Shown here: positions 1 to 14,130 of the stretch, one piece after another | Layout: every line of letters begins with the position of its first letter | Position numbering within the stretch: the first letter of the stretch is position 1 | From: Laetmonice hystrix | Lineage: Eukaryota | DNA length: 64,000 nucleotides | Assembly (NCBI GenBank): GCA_965235115.1 | Contig: OZ249436.1 | Coordinates: 29,514,001 to 29,578,000, forward strand | Direction: 5' to 3' | The notes under the pieces: generated by a model | Databases searched by the model: none | What the model was told of the DNA's origin: nothing | The model's input: the letters and a program-made list of their open reading frames with translations, nothing else | Made by a program: the position numbers and the translations under genes

Positions 1-1438
1 TTAATTATAATCCTCTAATCCACATGGTATACAACCGGATACGGATGTACTAACACATACCCACACACACCCCTCCTCACCCACGCCAGTACTCCTCACA
101 CTTTCAAACTCACAACTACCAAGTATCGTTCTCAAGGATAAAATAGGAGCGGCTCGATTGGAACATAAATCCCCCTCCAAATCTAGGCAGGACGCTCTGT
201 GTTCTGGACGCCAAGGCGAGAATGGCGTGATATCATATTAAATTCTTAATTCAAATCACATATTGATGTCGCTGTTACTGTACGGATAAAGTGTGATGTC
301 AAGATTTCTCCCTTAAATATGCACGAGATTTTGTGATAATGTCGCAGGAATAATAAGGAAGGGGGCGATCATCTTGCGAGCAGGGTTATTATGGATATTT
401 ACTTCCATTTTGCCTGATTATTCAGTCACTTCACATAATCGGACGCGTGGTGCAGTGCGTCGGACCAAACGGTCGCTTAAATCACAACAAATTGCTCGAT
501 CGACAAGAACTTCGCGACCAGTCGGTAATTGGATTACGGCAAGATTATGTGCAGAATGAGACGGATTAGTGATACTGATACGTCTTCTACGAGATATGTA
601 ACAATGTTGGCCGCCGAGGAGAGAGACAAATGAAAAGGGAGTACTACACCATGAATGGGGCTGGCTTCCACGTGTAGATATTGTACTCGATTGACTATAA
701 TCATGTCAAGATCGTGGACGGAAGCAGACTATACACTGACCGGCCTATCGCTCGTTCAAAACAATTCGTCATTGCCCACCATCCATTCGATATGTGTGCG
801 GCGGCACCATGTAGAACGGTCGTGGTAAGATTTGGTGCTTGGAATAATTACATTATCTGAAAACCAATGAGAATTAATCTGTTATTTGATATGAAAGCAG
901 GAAAGAGCCCGATCTAAGGTATAATGTGGGCAGCCGAATGTGTCTCCATTCAATGTCATTAAAATATGATGTTCTTCCCTAATTCCCGAAGGTATTTAAA
1001 TCAGCAATTTGACTTTAAAAAAAATGATAAAGCCAAGTTCCCGAGTCAACAGAGATACTTGAGGCGCTCTGGTTTTTGCTCCATTTTTTTCACGGAGTCA
1101 CGGAGATGTTTTGTAAGAGTTCAAACGGCGACAGTTGTGACCATATGGCCATGGCACGGGGCGGCAGAGCTAATACGCGTGCCATGCTTTCGCGTCTTAA
1201 AAGGTGTTAATTTGGACAAGTAACCCTTTGTCTGGCCCCAATGCCACAGCCGGTGTTTAGCAATCACAATCATTATTCATATTCAATATTCCATTAGGAA
1301 AACATCTGACGCCCCAACGTCATGCCTAGAGGGCATTTCACTTGCTATTCTAGAACATTAATAGATGGGCCACAGTTCATGCGCATATTACCACTGCATG
1401 CTTTTAAAAATGAGATACTACAGGTAGACTATAGCCTT

Positions 1439-1535
1439 TAGATACGATAAATAACTTCTTTGCACTACACCTATAATTTTTTTTATAGATACGATAAATA
1501 ACTTCTTTGCACTACACCTATAATTTTTTTTATAG
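1439..1535. repeat. Local tandem duplication, about 47-bp unit x2
   Basis: tagatacgataaataacttctttgcactacacctataatttttttta occurs twice back-to-back. Confidence 0.9.
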
Positions 1536-3115
1536 TAAGGTTGCAAACATACAAGCTGCTATAGTAGCCACAAACATTGACAACCTTATTTATTTCTTTA
1601 CGTCGGTCTATAGTAACTTCTACTATGATAAACACTTCCTAATCAAAAACCAATAATAACAATGTGGCCTGCATGGTGTGCCGCATAGAGGGCGACCGAG
1701 TGACATTCATACCTCAGATTCATGCATTCACTCGCACAAAGTCTTAAACAAACATAACTTTCTTGATGCCCTCTCGGGAGACGATCAACATTCCACACGC
1801 GACCGCCGCAGGGAAGATCGAACGCTCGGCAGGATCAAATCCCAGATTATATCAACTCGATTACCGCCCGCAAATTCGCCGTATAACGAAGAAATATGGC
1901 ACCGAGTGCGTAAAACGTTTTGATGGCGGAACAGGCCATGTGGGGTGCTCGCGTGGCCCGACTTACAAGACTTCTATTACTCGACAACGTATGCATTTAT
2001 CAAAATTAATGTGTGGCCGCGTCGAGATAAGGAAGGCGGTCGGGGGCCGCGGTGAATGCCACAAGCCACAACCACAGAGTGGTGGAGGTTCAGTCGGTGT
2101 CCATTTGGTAGACACCCGGCTCAAATTGAATACACTGGCAGGGGTTCGACACGGCTTTGGCTATACGGCAGGCTTTGCACACCGAAGACATCCATTTCAG
2201 TCATCGACAAATTCTCCAACATCAGGAGAATAGAAGACCAAAAGAAGACGAACATAACAATGACAAAAGCATGCAGTGACATTTAGTTTTGAAGTTGTAT
2301 ATTCTATCGTCTCTCATGGATGCAGATCACACTCCTATACAGACGTTGTAGACTGTAAGGATTAGTTAAGTTCTAATTAAGTCCGTCGCTCTGTAGTCCG
2401 TCCTACAAACTTTTTTAGTCCTTTTTGTTTGAAAGCTGGCAGGATAGAAATGTCGAGAGGTGATAGAAACCCCTGCAAGAGAGGGGGAGTAATTTTGCAC
2501 TTTCAATACAAACTTCTGGGATTGCACCTCCCCCATGACCTCTATCTCCCGGCCCATGGTGTCGGGTAGAGTCTCGAATCATGGGGATATGTTCAGCTCC
2601 AAATCAATGGCACTCAGAGCATTGTTTACACGGCCATAGAGATCAAGCACATCTGACAAGTTTGCTTTCTACCAGTAAGTGTCCGCAAACTTCTACGGCT
2701 TCGGCAGATTAACCCAACTCAATTGACAAATGTTTTCCAACTGTATTACTTGATGATCGCGAAGGGCGGCGGCAAACATGAGCACTTAATCGGCCGGGAC
2801 ACTCCACCGTCATCGTGTTACCCAGTAAGCAAACGATTTGGGGCTGAAACTAATACCCCAATCTGATTGGTTGGCCATCGACCGTCTGCACACGGCCCGA
2901 CATTACTGTACGTGCCGCCGTCTGTCATGCCCACAGATGGGAATATTTACCTTCAAGGCGGTTCGTTTTCGCAGTTCGTGATTTCTCAATCAGGGATTTT
3001 TACTGAAACTAATCATAATGCATCGGACCAAGGCCAGTTCCGGATCCGGTCACTGGTGTTGCGTTTTCCGGTCGGTTGGAGGGTGGAGGCGAGAGAGGGA
3101 GCAGAGCAAACTGAA

Positions 3116-4790
3116 AATGTGACCCATGTCTCTAAGTTTTCTCCATAGGATTGTAACTGTGACCCATGTCTCCGAGTTCTCCCCAGGAGGGTTGTAACCG
3201 TGACCCATGTCCCCTAGTTCTCCCCAGGAGGGTTGTAACTGTGCCCATGTCCCCTAGTTCTCCCCCAGGAGGGTTGTAACTGTGACCCATGTCCCCGAGT
3301 TCTCTCCAGGAGGGTTGTAACTGTGACCCATGTCTCTAAGTTTTCCCCAGGAGGATTGTATCTGTGGCCCATGTCCCCAAGTTTTCTTTAGGAGGACGGA
3401 AACTGTGACCCATGTCCCCGAGTTCTCTCCAGGAGGGTTGTAACTGTGACCCATGTCCCCTAGTTCTCCCCAGGAGGGTTGTAACTGTGACCCATGTCCC
3501 CGAGTTCTCTCCAGGAGGGTTGTAACTGTGCCCATGTCCCCTAGTTCTCCCCCAGGAGGGTTGTAACTGTGACCCATGTCTCCGAGTTCTCCCCAGGAGG
3601 GTTGTAACCGTGACCCATGTCCCCGAGTTCTCCCCAGGAGGGTTGTAACTGTGCCCATGTCCCCTAGTTCTCCCCCAGGAGGGTTGTAACTGTGACCCAT
3701 GTCCCCGAGTTCTCTCCAGGAGGGTTGTAACTGTGACCCATGTCCCCGAGTTCTCCCCAGGAGGGTTGTAACTGTGCCCATGTCCCCTAGTTCTCCCCCA
3801 GCAGTGTTGTAACCGTGACCCATGTCCCCTAGTTCTCCCCCAGGAGGGTTGTAACTGTGACCCATGTCCCCAAGTTCTCTCCAGGAGGGTTGTAACTGTG
3901 ACCCATGTCTCTAAGTTTTCCCCAGGAGGATTGTATCTGTGGCCCATGTCCCCAAGTTTTCTTTAGGAGGACGGAAACTGTGACCCATGTCCCCGAGTTC
4001 TCTCCAGGAGGGTTGTAACCGTGACCCATGTCCCCTAGTTCTCCCCCAGGAGGGTTGTAACTGTGACCCATGTCTCCGAGTTCTCTCCAGGAGGGTTGTA
4101 ACTGTGCCCATGTCCCCTAGTTCTCCCCCAGGAGGGTTGTAACCGTGACCCATGTCTCCGAGTTCTCCCCAGGAGGGTTGTAACCGTGACCCATGTCCCC
4201 TAGTTCTCCCCCAGCAGTGTTGTAACCGTGACCCATGTCCCCTAGTTCTCCCCCAGCAGTGTTGTAACCGTGACCCATGTCCCCTAGTTCTCCCCAGGAG
4301 GGTTGTAACCGTGACCCATGTCTCCGAGTTCTCCCCAGGAGGGTTGTAACCGTGACCCATGTCCCCTAGTTCTCCCCCAGCAGTGTTGTAACCGTGACCC
4401 ATGTCCCCTAGTTCTCCCCAGGAGGGTTGTAACCGTGACCCATGTCTCCGAGTTCTCCCCAGGAGGGTTGTAACTGTGGCCCATGTCCCGGAGTTCTCTC
4501 TCTAGGCGGATTGAAACTGTGACCCATGTCCCTAAGTTCTCTCTATAGGCGGATTGAAACTGTGACCCATGTCCCTAAGTTCTCTCTATAGGCGGATTGA
4601 AACTGTGACCCATGTCCCTAAGTTCTCTCTCTAGGCGGATTGAAACTGTGACCCATGTCCCCAAGTTTTCTCTAGGATGGAAACTGTGGCCGATGTCCCT
4701 ACGTTTTCTCCAGGAGGATTGAAACCGTGGCCCATGCCCCTTAGTTCTCGCAAGGCGGATTGAAACTGTGACCCATGTCCCTTAGTTTCC
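3116..4790. repeat. Minisatellite, 40-42-bp unit (gtgacccatgtccccgagttctccccaggagggttgtaact), about 40 copies
   Basis: Direct tandem repetition with variant units; the 3' end shifts to a ...ctaggcggattgaaact variant. It explains the repetitive ORFs at 3254-4484. Confidence 0.97.
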
Positions 4791-5861
4791 CCCCGAAGGA
4801 CCTCCTCAGTGTTGGTGCATGACGTTCACTGCCGTGTCCGCAGCCAGCCATGGGGACAGAAAGCCATCGTTTAGATCATCCCGGGAAAAGAAGCCCATTA
4901 CCGGCCCGCCGTGTCTGGCTTATTTCGTGGGCCGCACACCCGCCAAATCCATTTCCGTGTAATTGAGTTTAAACAATGACAAAATTATGATAGAGTACCA
5001 TCATAAAGCGGTCATGAATGCCAAATCCACACGGCATTGATCCACGAAGTGATTCAAAAATTTCATTTGCATTAATTCCAGTACTTAAGAGAATCCGACA
5101 ACCTCGACAAGAAACCTGGCGACCAGCGTTGATGTGCGACGCGTGGTGAATCGTTGATGAGCTCCCCCTTACCCCCTCCCCCCTACCCCCGCCCGTTACC
5201 CCCACCAACTCCTCCCCACACTTCTGGGGGTAACCTCCAGCCAAACGCACTTACTCATCGCAGCGCCTCTAAAGAAAAACTACAAAAATCATATTAGTGA
5301 ATTATACTGAGGCTGTAACTAACCCAAGTACATACACCGTGGAATGGCCAAACATGGGCCCGGGTGTGTTTGTACGCAGGGCAGGATTGACTTGTCCAGA
5401 TTAGGACAAGAAATAAATTCATCCGCCTGCCGCAGGATAATCCATTTACAAGTGAAATCAATGTCGAGAGAGACGTAATTTGTGTCGCAGGGGGACGGGG
5501 CTGCGGGTCGTGACTCGGGTGCCTTAAACAGCCCTTAATCTAAATAGCCCTTATCACTCAAATCGAATTCGCATCTTTGCACGCATGGAATTCACAAGAA
5601 GATGTGTCTAGTTGCTTTCGACGCCCAGTTAATCCATCTATAGGCTGACCTCTCCCTCTGACCCGACTACAACCCTCTTAAACTTCACATCATGTAGGGG
5701 TGCCCTCCTGATATATCAAACAATAATTTCTGACTACAAGGCACCAAAGATAAAATGAATTGGCGGGGTGGAAGTAGAACTGTGCCCTCTCACACTGCCC
5801 GGGTTATTCGCGAATTTGTGCTTCGTAACGTTACCGCCACCCCCACCCCCACCCATTATAT

Positions 5862-7276
5862 ACGGACTCGGGGATAGCTTAAGTCCACTAGAGGTCTCAG
5901 GTATGCCATATAATATTAGGAGATTATAAGGATACGGACTCGGAGATAGCTTAGGTCCACTATAGGTCTCAGGTATGCCATATGAGGAGATTATAAGGAC
6001 GGACTTGGCGATAGCTTAGGTCCACTATAGGTCTCAGGTATGCCATATAAGGAGATTATAAGGATACGGACTCGGAAATAGCTTAGGTCCACTATAGGTC
6101 TCAGGTATATGCCATATGAGGAGATTATAAGGATAGGGACTCGGAGATAGCTTAGGTCCACTATAGGTCTCAGATATGCCATATGAGGAGATTATAAGGA
6201 TAGGGACTCGGAGATAGCTTAGGTCCACTATAGGTCTCAGGTATATGCCATATGAGGAGATTATAAGGATAGGGACTCGGAGATAGCTTAGGTCCACTAT
6301 AGGTCTCAGGTATGCCATGTGAGGAGATTATAAGGGTACGGACTCGGAGACAGCTTAGGTCCACTATAGGTCTCAGGTATGCCACGTGAGGAGATTATAA
6401 GGATACGGACTCGGAGATAGCTTAGGTCCACTATAGGTCTCAGATATGCCATATGAGGAGATTATAAGGATAGGGACTCGGAGATAGCTTAGGTCCACTA
6501 TAGGTCTCAGATATGCCATATGAGGAGATTATAAGGATAGGGACTCGGAGATAGCTTAGGTCCACTATAGGTCTCAGATATGCCATATGAGGAGATTATA
6601 AGGATACGGACTCGGAGATAGCTTAGGTCCACTATAGGTCTCAGATATGCCATATGAGGAGATTATAAGGATACGGACTCGGAGATAGCTTAGGTCCACT
6701 ATAGGTCTCAGATATGCCATATGAGGAGATTATAAGGATACGGACTCGGAGATAGCTTAGGTCCACTATAGGTCTCAGATATGCCATATGAGGAGATTAT
6801 AAGGATAGGGACTCGGAGATAGCTTAGGTCCACTATAGGTCTCAGATATGCCATATGAGGAGATTATAAGGATAGGGACTCGGAGATAGCTTAGGTCCAC
6901 TATAGGTCTCAGATATGCCATATGAGGAGATTATAAGGATACGGACTCGGAGATAGCTTAGGTCCACTATAGGTCTCAGATATGCCATATGAGGAGATTA
7001 TAAGGATAGGGACTCGGAGATAGCTTAGGTCCACTATAGGTCTCAGATATGCCATATGAGGAGATTATAAGGATACGGACTCGGAGATAGCTTAGGTCCA
7101 CTATAGGTCTCAGATATGCCATATGAGGAGATTATAAGGATACGGACTCGGAGATAGCTTAGGCCACTATAGGTCTCAGATATGCCATATGAGGAGATTA
7201 TAAGGATAGGGACTCGGAGATAGCTTAGGTCCACTATAGGTCTCAGATATGCCATATGAGGAGATTATAAGGATAC
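5862..7276. repeat. Minisatellite, 67-bp unit (gatacggactcggagatagcttaggtccactataggtctcagatatgccatatgaggagattataag), about 21 copies
   Basis: The 67-bp period can be read directly (e.g. 6401 to 6468); copies are highly homogeneous. Confidence 0.97.
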
Positions 7277-8089
7277 TCTTAGTATTCGTAGTTTCTTTTA
7301 TCGTCTCTATATAGGAATCATCATCTTCATCGCCAACACATCGTTATTATTGATATATCTATAGTTCCACCAAAGTGGTCGTGGATGTCCCAAGTTATGA
7401 AGTATTATATTTCATTGCTGATGCCCCATACTTACTGACAGAACTTCAATCCTATAAAAAAATTAGATTACTTGGATACAGACATTACCGCCCATTGCTA
7501 GAGGCGCTAACCTGTTCCGGAGTTCATCAGTTTTTAACTCGCCCACGCCAGACGAGCACCATGCCGCCCCACGACCGCGACAACCAGGCCCCAAATACAG
7601 ACAACATGCGAACACATGGTCGATTACAACCCGAGAAAATTAAAACACGCCCAGGATCATGCCTTAAATCTGTCCTCATTGATGTTTTGTTGACCTTTGT
7701 CCGGACGGGGCCGGTGTACAATAGAGATGCTATGCATGAGGTCCACCCCCTGGCCGGGACTATAGGGACGGCGGGGTGAATGGTGCCCGGGTCCTGGGCC
7801 CAGCTGGCCCGGCCCCGACAGGACCCGCGAGTGTGGACGGCTCCCTCCGACCGTCTCGGTAGATTTAATCAAGGGACATGAAGCGGACATCGTCTTACCT
7901 ACCGCCCGCCAAACGTTGGTGGAATTGATAATGAACGAGCCATCGATCACTATTCGTGGAGTGTTCTCTCCCGTCCTATAGGCTGCGGAAATCTCTGTTC
8001 ACAAAGTTCGGCGGCGAAAACTTCCTCAGTTTGATTGAAGTCGAAATAAAGGACGAAAGGGGGCTTCAAATAAACAGGCATCGGGAATA

Positions 8090-8350
8090 CAAGCACGTGT
8101 CCAGGATTTTCAGCAGGGGGGGGGGGGGTCTCAGAATGTTTTTTAAATTTGAAGCTCTGAAACGCGGATCCCCGCCATTTTAGGGCATTATAGATTCATC
8201 GCTCAAAGGGTTCAAAACGGCGGAAATGCTTAGAAAAAATCGCTGAACGGGTTCAAAACGGCGGGAATGCTTAGAAAAAATCGATGCTCTGTGGGAGCAG
8301 GGTGGGGTCCGGACCCCCTGGACCCCCCCCCCCCCCTGGACACGCGCCTG
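8090..8350. mobile_element. Non-autonomous TIR element (MITE) with 5-bp TSD, hAT5-like
   Basis: Left end caagcacgtgtccagg vs reverse complement of the right end caggcgcgtgtccagg (14/16); flanked by gaata on both sides (8085-8089, 8351-8355). Confidence 0.8.
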
Positions 8351-8523
8351 GAATAGGATGAAACGAATTGGTGATGGGACTTAATTAGGGGACTTTCACT
8401 GGATAATCTGGTCACTAGGATTAGTGTAACATTGTTTCTGCCAAGGCCTATTCCCTACGTAGGCCCTTATATTATGTACTGTTGGCGAAGCACGTGAACA
8501 ATTATTATTGTTTGGTTACGGTT

Positions 8524-8695
8524 CAGGCACGGATCCAGGATGGGGGCCTGGGGGCACGTACCCCCCGACCCCCAAAAGTGGCCGATCTCCGTTCTATACT
8601 TCAACCCCATTTTTTTCCATTAGGATTGCGACTGTGCCCCCCTAGGCCACCCCCTTCTGACTGTACCCCCGACACCCCTTCTGGGTCCGCCCCTG
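8524..8695. mobile_element. MITE of CAGGGGCGGATCCAG type with imperfect 5-bp TSD
   Basis: Ends caggcacggatccag ... ctgggtccgcccctg; flanks cggtt and cggtg. Confidence 0.7.
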
Positions 8696-10485
8696 CGGTG
8701 TATAGATCTATGTCGCATTTTCTTTCAAATAAACTGGATAAACTGGTAGATATAAAGATTGGGCTGTTCGGTCCGTCATCTATAGATACAGTCAAGATGT
8801 ATATCAAAGAACGTCAGGCCGTGCCGCTTTCTGAGCGAACTGAAGACAGACAGAGAGACACAGAGACAGAGCAGTACCTTTGTGCTGCCACCTGGCGGTG
8901 GGGTTGTAAACCACACCAGCTGATGACAACAAAAGCGCCATCTTGCGAGACACTGAATAGACTGACATTCGGCCGTAAAAACGCAATGTGAACTCATATT
9001 TAGCTAATTTGACTTCTAATAATATACCATAATCGTAAATTCCCTGATGATATATCAAAATTATATTTTGTTTAGGCCTATTGTTTAATATCTGAATTTG
9101 ACCCATTGGGCCCCATGTTGCGGACCCCCAAATTACCCCAACTCATATAGGCCTAGTCATAGAGGTGGACTTACATAATTCTATTACATAATACATAAAT
9201 ATACTGGTCCTTAAAATGAAGTTTAAATATGTCTATGTCCGTGTCAAGTATGGCCTATTGGCTCCGTATGCATTACTAATTGGGCCTATGTGTGTGTTTG
9301 CGTGTTAAGGCATAGGTAGGCCTGACATTGTACACTTCCAGGATTATGTTAGAGGTTCAAATACTGAGGTTACACACAGAGACCTAGTTAAGAACGTAGA
9401 TTGCAAAATAATTGTTCGGCAGGTGTTTGATGTTGAGAAGTGCACGTGCATTAAGATAATATTTCTATCAATCTTAAAGGCACCGACTTTCTTCAACCAC
9501 TATATCTTGTCGCCAAAGTCTACGGCGGCCTCTAGTGACTACGAAGATGCATCGTTGTTCATCGATTTCTGTGTGTTGTTGAATATATCTTGCCTTGAAG
9601 TAGACCTTAACTGTGGTGAAACTTGCAATGCTGGGGGGAGGGGGGGGGGGGGAGGTCCTGCTGCCTCTTGAAGACAGACAACACACCCATTTCATAATAG
9701 TTGTCTAAGTATCCACTAGGTGGTTCATAATCATTTTCTGAATGAACTTTCCCCTGCATGCTACGGCGCTGATATCTGAACACGACACTTGTAATAAGAA
9801 CTAGATACGTTGTGGAGTACCACAATGGATCCCATCCCCGGGGTGTCCCATGTAACATGTTCTGAATAGGGATAACTATTGTACTATCTTGCACCCGTGA
9901 CGACTTATGAGCCTTAGAAGATGGAAGTTACGTCATTATGACCTTATGCTACGTCATAAATATTGATCTCAATGGACTTCCTATTCATGTTCAAAAATAA
10001 CTATAGGTGTATCTAGCACCGTTTACTAGTTACAGGCTTCTACCAATCCTTAGAAGGGCTCAGTTACGTCATAAGGATTTAATAGATAACACAACAGAAT
10101 AAATCTTGGTGTCAAATGAAAGAACATAATGAGGACTTCCTGTTTATATTCAATACTAACTATGCGTCTAACTCCTACCATTTACAAGTTAAAACCCTGA
10201 GAAAATATCGATGACATCGTTATGTCATGGGTCACGTGACCTAAGAAATAATGATGCCAAACGAAAGAGTATACATGACTTCCTATTCGTGTTCAATAGT
10301 AACTATGGGTCTAACTTCAAGCATTAACAAGTTATATCCCTTAGAAAATATCGATGACATCTTTACGACGTCACAGGTCACGTGACCTTAAGGATGACGA
10401 TACCAAGTGATAGCAAGTTATAGCCCTGACAAAATATAGGTTCACTGGCTGTGGTAATCAGTACCAGTTCAATCCAGTATTAGCT

Positions 10486-10563
10486 TGTCAGATGGCGTAG
10501 CACTGGCGATAAGTGTCTTGACTCACATGCTATGGGTCGTCGGTTCAATCCCAGGCCGAGTCA
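10486..10563 (+). pseudogene. tRNA-derived sequence or SINE-like head inside the outer DINE-like element
   Basis: A-box-like tggcgtagcactgg and B-box ggttcaatccc at tRNA spacing; the anticodon region (ctcacat) pairs poorly; the B-box segment is duplicated at about 10599-10620. Confidence 0.6.
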
Positions 10564-11329
10564 CCTATTTTTTTGGACTTCTACCGGAAGGGTCCCGCGT
10601 TCAATCCCAGGCCGAGTCACGTTTCTTTTTCTTTTTGTTTTTTCCCTCTAATTTTTAAAAATGGTCACGTGACCTGAAAAAAATATCATAAAAGAGCATA
10701 ATGACTTCTTATCTGTGTTTAATAGTAACCAATGCCAAATCTGGCACCGTTTACAAGTTCTAGAAAATTGTCAATTTTTCGAAATTTCAAAGTCACGTGA
10801 TTCAGCGAATATTAGTCAAATCGCTTATCTTTTGATGATTTGAGACAAGCTCATGTTAGAGAGTCCTTCTGCCTAATATTGTCGAATTTCACCAAAAAAT
10901 GAAGAAGGAGTAGCGATTTAAGAGATTTGTGACTGAGGACCCAGTTCTCCCAAAGTTCAAGGTCAAATGACAAATGAAGGGTTCATGTTAGACTAGACCC
11001 TTGCCTGATTAAAACGCCATGATGGGGTTTGGAAATTCCCAATATGAACGTCATGACGTGACGTCATACGTCACGTCACGTGATATGTCACAACTCATTG
11101 TCTGACCAGTCCTTGTCATGGTCAAGATGTGTGCCAAATTTGATTGAGATATCTTGAAAACTGACTGAGATAGACGCCACTGTTTACTACTACTACTACT
11201 ACTACTACTACGACGCAAAGAACTAGACCCGTTGCGGTGATAACCACAATGGATCCCATCCCCTTGGGGGTCCTGTCTACCATGTTCTGATTTAGTAGAG
11301 AGAGCTAAGGCTATTCAAAATGATGGTGT

Positions 11330-14130
11330 CAAATGAAAGAGCATATATTATATTGCTTCCTGTCAGTGTTAGTGTTTAATAGTAGGTATAGATCTAATTT
11401 CAACCATTTACAAGTTATAACCCTCAGAAAAATAAGAAAATATGGATGATGTCATTATGACCTGATAGGTCACGTGACGTGAAAAATAATGGTGCCAAAT
11501 GAAAGAGCGCATATGACTTCCTATTAGTGTTTAATAGTAACTATGGCTCTAACTTCCACCATTTACAGGTGATAGCCCTGAGAAAATATGGATAACATCA
11601 TTATGACGTCATAGGTCACGTGACCTGAAAAATAATAGTGTCAAATGAAAGAGCACATATTACTTCCTATTAGCGTTTAATAGTAACTATGGCTCTAACT
11701 TCAACCATTTACAAGTTATAGCCCTGAGAAAATATTATGGATGACATCATTAATGACGTCATAGGTCACGTGATGTAAAAAATAATGGTACGAAATAAAA
11801 GAGCATATATGACTTCCTATTAGTGTTTAATAGTGACTATGGCTCTAACTTGAACCATTTACAAGTTATAGCTCTGAGCAAATAAGGATGACATTATGAC
11901 GTCATAGGTCACGTGACCTAAAAATAATAGTGTCAAAGAAAAGAGCTTATATTATTTCCTATTAGTGCTTAATAGAAACTATGGCTCTAACTTCAACAAT
12001 TTTCGAGTCAGAACCCTGAGAAAATATTGATGACATCGTTATGACATCATAGGTCACGTGACCTGAAAAATAATGGTGCCAAATGAAAGAGCATATATGA
12101 CTTCCTATTCGTGTTCAATAGTAACTATGGCCCTATCTGGCACCGTTTAGAAGTTGTAGCCATAGATAGCTAAACTGGCCACTTTTGAAAATTTCAAGGT
12201 CACGTGATTCACGCGAATATAGGTCAAATCGTGTATCCCTGGATAATTCTATTAAAGCACTTGTTAGAGAGTGTTCCTGCCCAATATTGCCAAATTTTAC
12301 CAATAAATGATGAAGAAGTAGCGATTTAACCGATTTGTGACCTAGGACCCAGTTCTCCCTAAGGTCAAAGGTCAAAGGTCAAATGAAGGGTAACTTTTAG
12401 GCTAGACCCTTGCCTCATCATAAGGCCATGATAGATCTTGAAAATTCCAAATATGAACTTCAAAAATGGCCTTCAATGTCCCAAACACGTTTGACGTCAT
12501 GACGTCATGACGTGATGTCACGTGACGTCATGACTGATTGTGTGATCTGACTTTGTCATGGTCAAGCTGACTGCCAAATTTGATTGAGATATCTTGAAAA
12601 ATGACTGAGATAGAGGTACTGTTTACGACTACTACTACTACTACGCAAAAAATAACTAGACCCGTTGCGGTGATAACCACAATGGATCCCATCCCCTGGG
12701 GGGTCCTGTCTACCATGTTCTGATTTAATAGAGAATGCTATGGCTATTCAAAATGATGGTGTCAAATGAAAGAGCATCTGTTAGTGTTAGTGTTTAATAG
12801 TAGGTATAGCTCTAACATCAACCATTTACAAGTTATAGCCCTGAGAAAATAGTGATGACATCGTTATGACGTCATAAGTCACGTGACCTGAAAAATAATG
12901 GTAACAAATGAAAGAGCATATATGACTTCCTATTAGTGTTTATTAGTAACTATGACTCTAACTTCAACCATTTGCAATTTATAGCTATGAGAAAATATTG
13001 ATGACATTGTTATGATGTCATAGGTCACGTGACCTGAAAAGTAATGGTGCCAAGTGAAAGAACATATATGACTTCCTATTCGTCTTCAATAGTAACTATG
13101 ACTCTAACTTCAACCATTTACAAGTGATATCCCTAAGAAAATATGGATGACATCGTTATGACGTCATAGGTCACGTGCCCTAAAAAATAATGATGACAAA
13201 TGAAAGAGCATATATGACTTCCTATTAGTGTTTAATAGTAACTATGGCTCTAACTCCAACCATTTACAAGTTATAGCCCTGAGAAAATATGGATGACATC
13301 GTTATGATGTCATAGGTCACGTGACCTAAAAAATAATGGTGTCCAATAAAAGAACATATATGACTTCCTATTCGTGTTCAATAGTAACTATGGCCCTATA
13401 TGGCACTGTTTACAAGTTATAGCCCTGAGAAAATATGGATGACATTGTTATGACGTCATAGGTCACGTGGCCTGAAAAATAATGGTGTCAATTGAAAGAG
13501 CATATGACTTCCTATTAGTGTTTAATAGTAACTATGGCTCTAACTTCAACCATTTACAAGTTATAGCCCCGGGAAAATATGGATAAAATTGTGACGTCAT
13601 AGGTCACGTGACCTGAAAAATAATGGTGCCAAATGAAAGAGCATATATGACTTCCTATTAGTGTCTAATAGTAACTATGGCTCTAACTTCAACCATTTAC
13701 AAGTTATAGCCCTGAGAAAATATGGATGACATTCTTATGACATCACAGGTCACGTGACCTAAAATAATAACGGTGCCAAATGAAAGAGCATAATGACTTC
13801 CTATTCGTGTTTAATAGTAACTATGACGCTAACTTCAACCATTTACAAGTGATAGCCCTGAGAAAACATGGTTGACATCATTATGACGTCATAGGTCACG
13901 TGACCTGAAAAATAATGGTGTCAAGTGAAAGAGCATATATGACTTCCTATTAGTGTTTAATAGTAACTATGGCACTATCTTCAACCATTTACAAGTTATA
14001 GCCCTGGGAAATTATTGATGACATCGTTATGACGTCATAGGTCACGTGACCTGAAAAAAAAATGGTGCCAAATGAAAGAGCATTGACTTCCTATTCGTGT
14101 TCAATAGTAACTATGGCCCTATCTGGCACT
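11330..14130. repeat. Internal 146-bp tandem repeats of the DINE-like elements (about 5 copies in the middle element, about 9 in the inner one)
   Basis: ggtcacgtg recurs at 13023, 13169, 13315, 13461 (period 146); most units contain tgacgtca-taggtcacgtgacc or a near variant. Confidence 0.9.

Noticed and set aside
1678..2286. Overlapping ORFs up to 156 aa
   Set aside because: Mostly non-ATG starts, no recognisable domain and no convincing splice structure.
3254..4484. Overlapping 65-203 aa ORFs
   Set aside because: Translations of the 41-bp minisatellite; the same peptides recur in several frames.
10486..10563. Functional tRNA-Val(CAC) gene
   Set aside because: Acceptor and anticodon stems do not pair well and it lies within a transposon; kept only as tRNA-derived.
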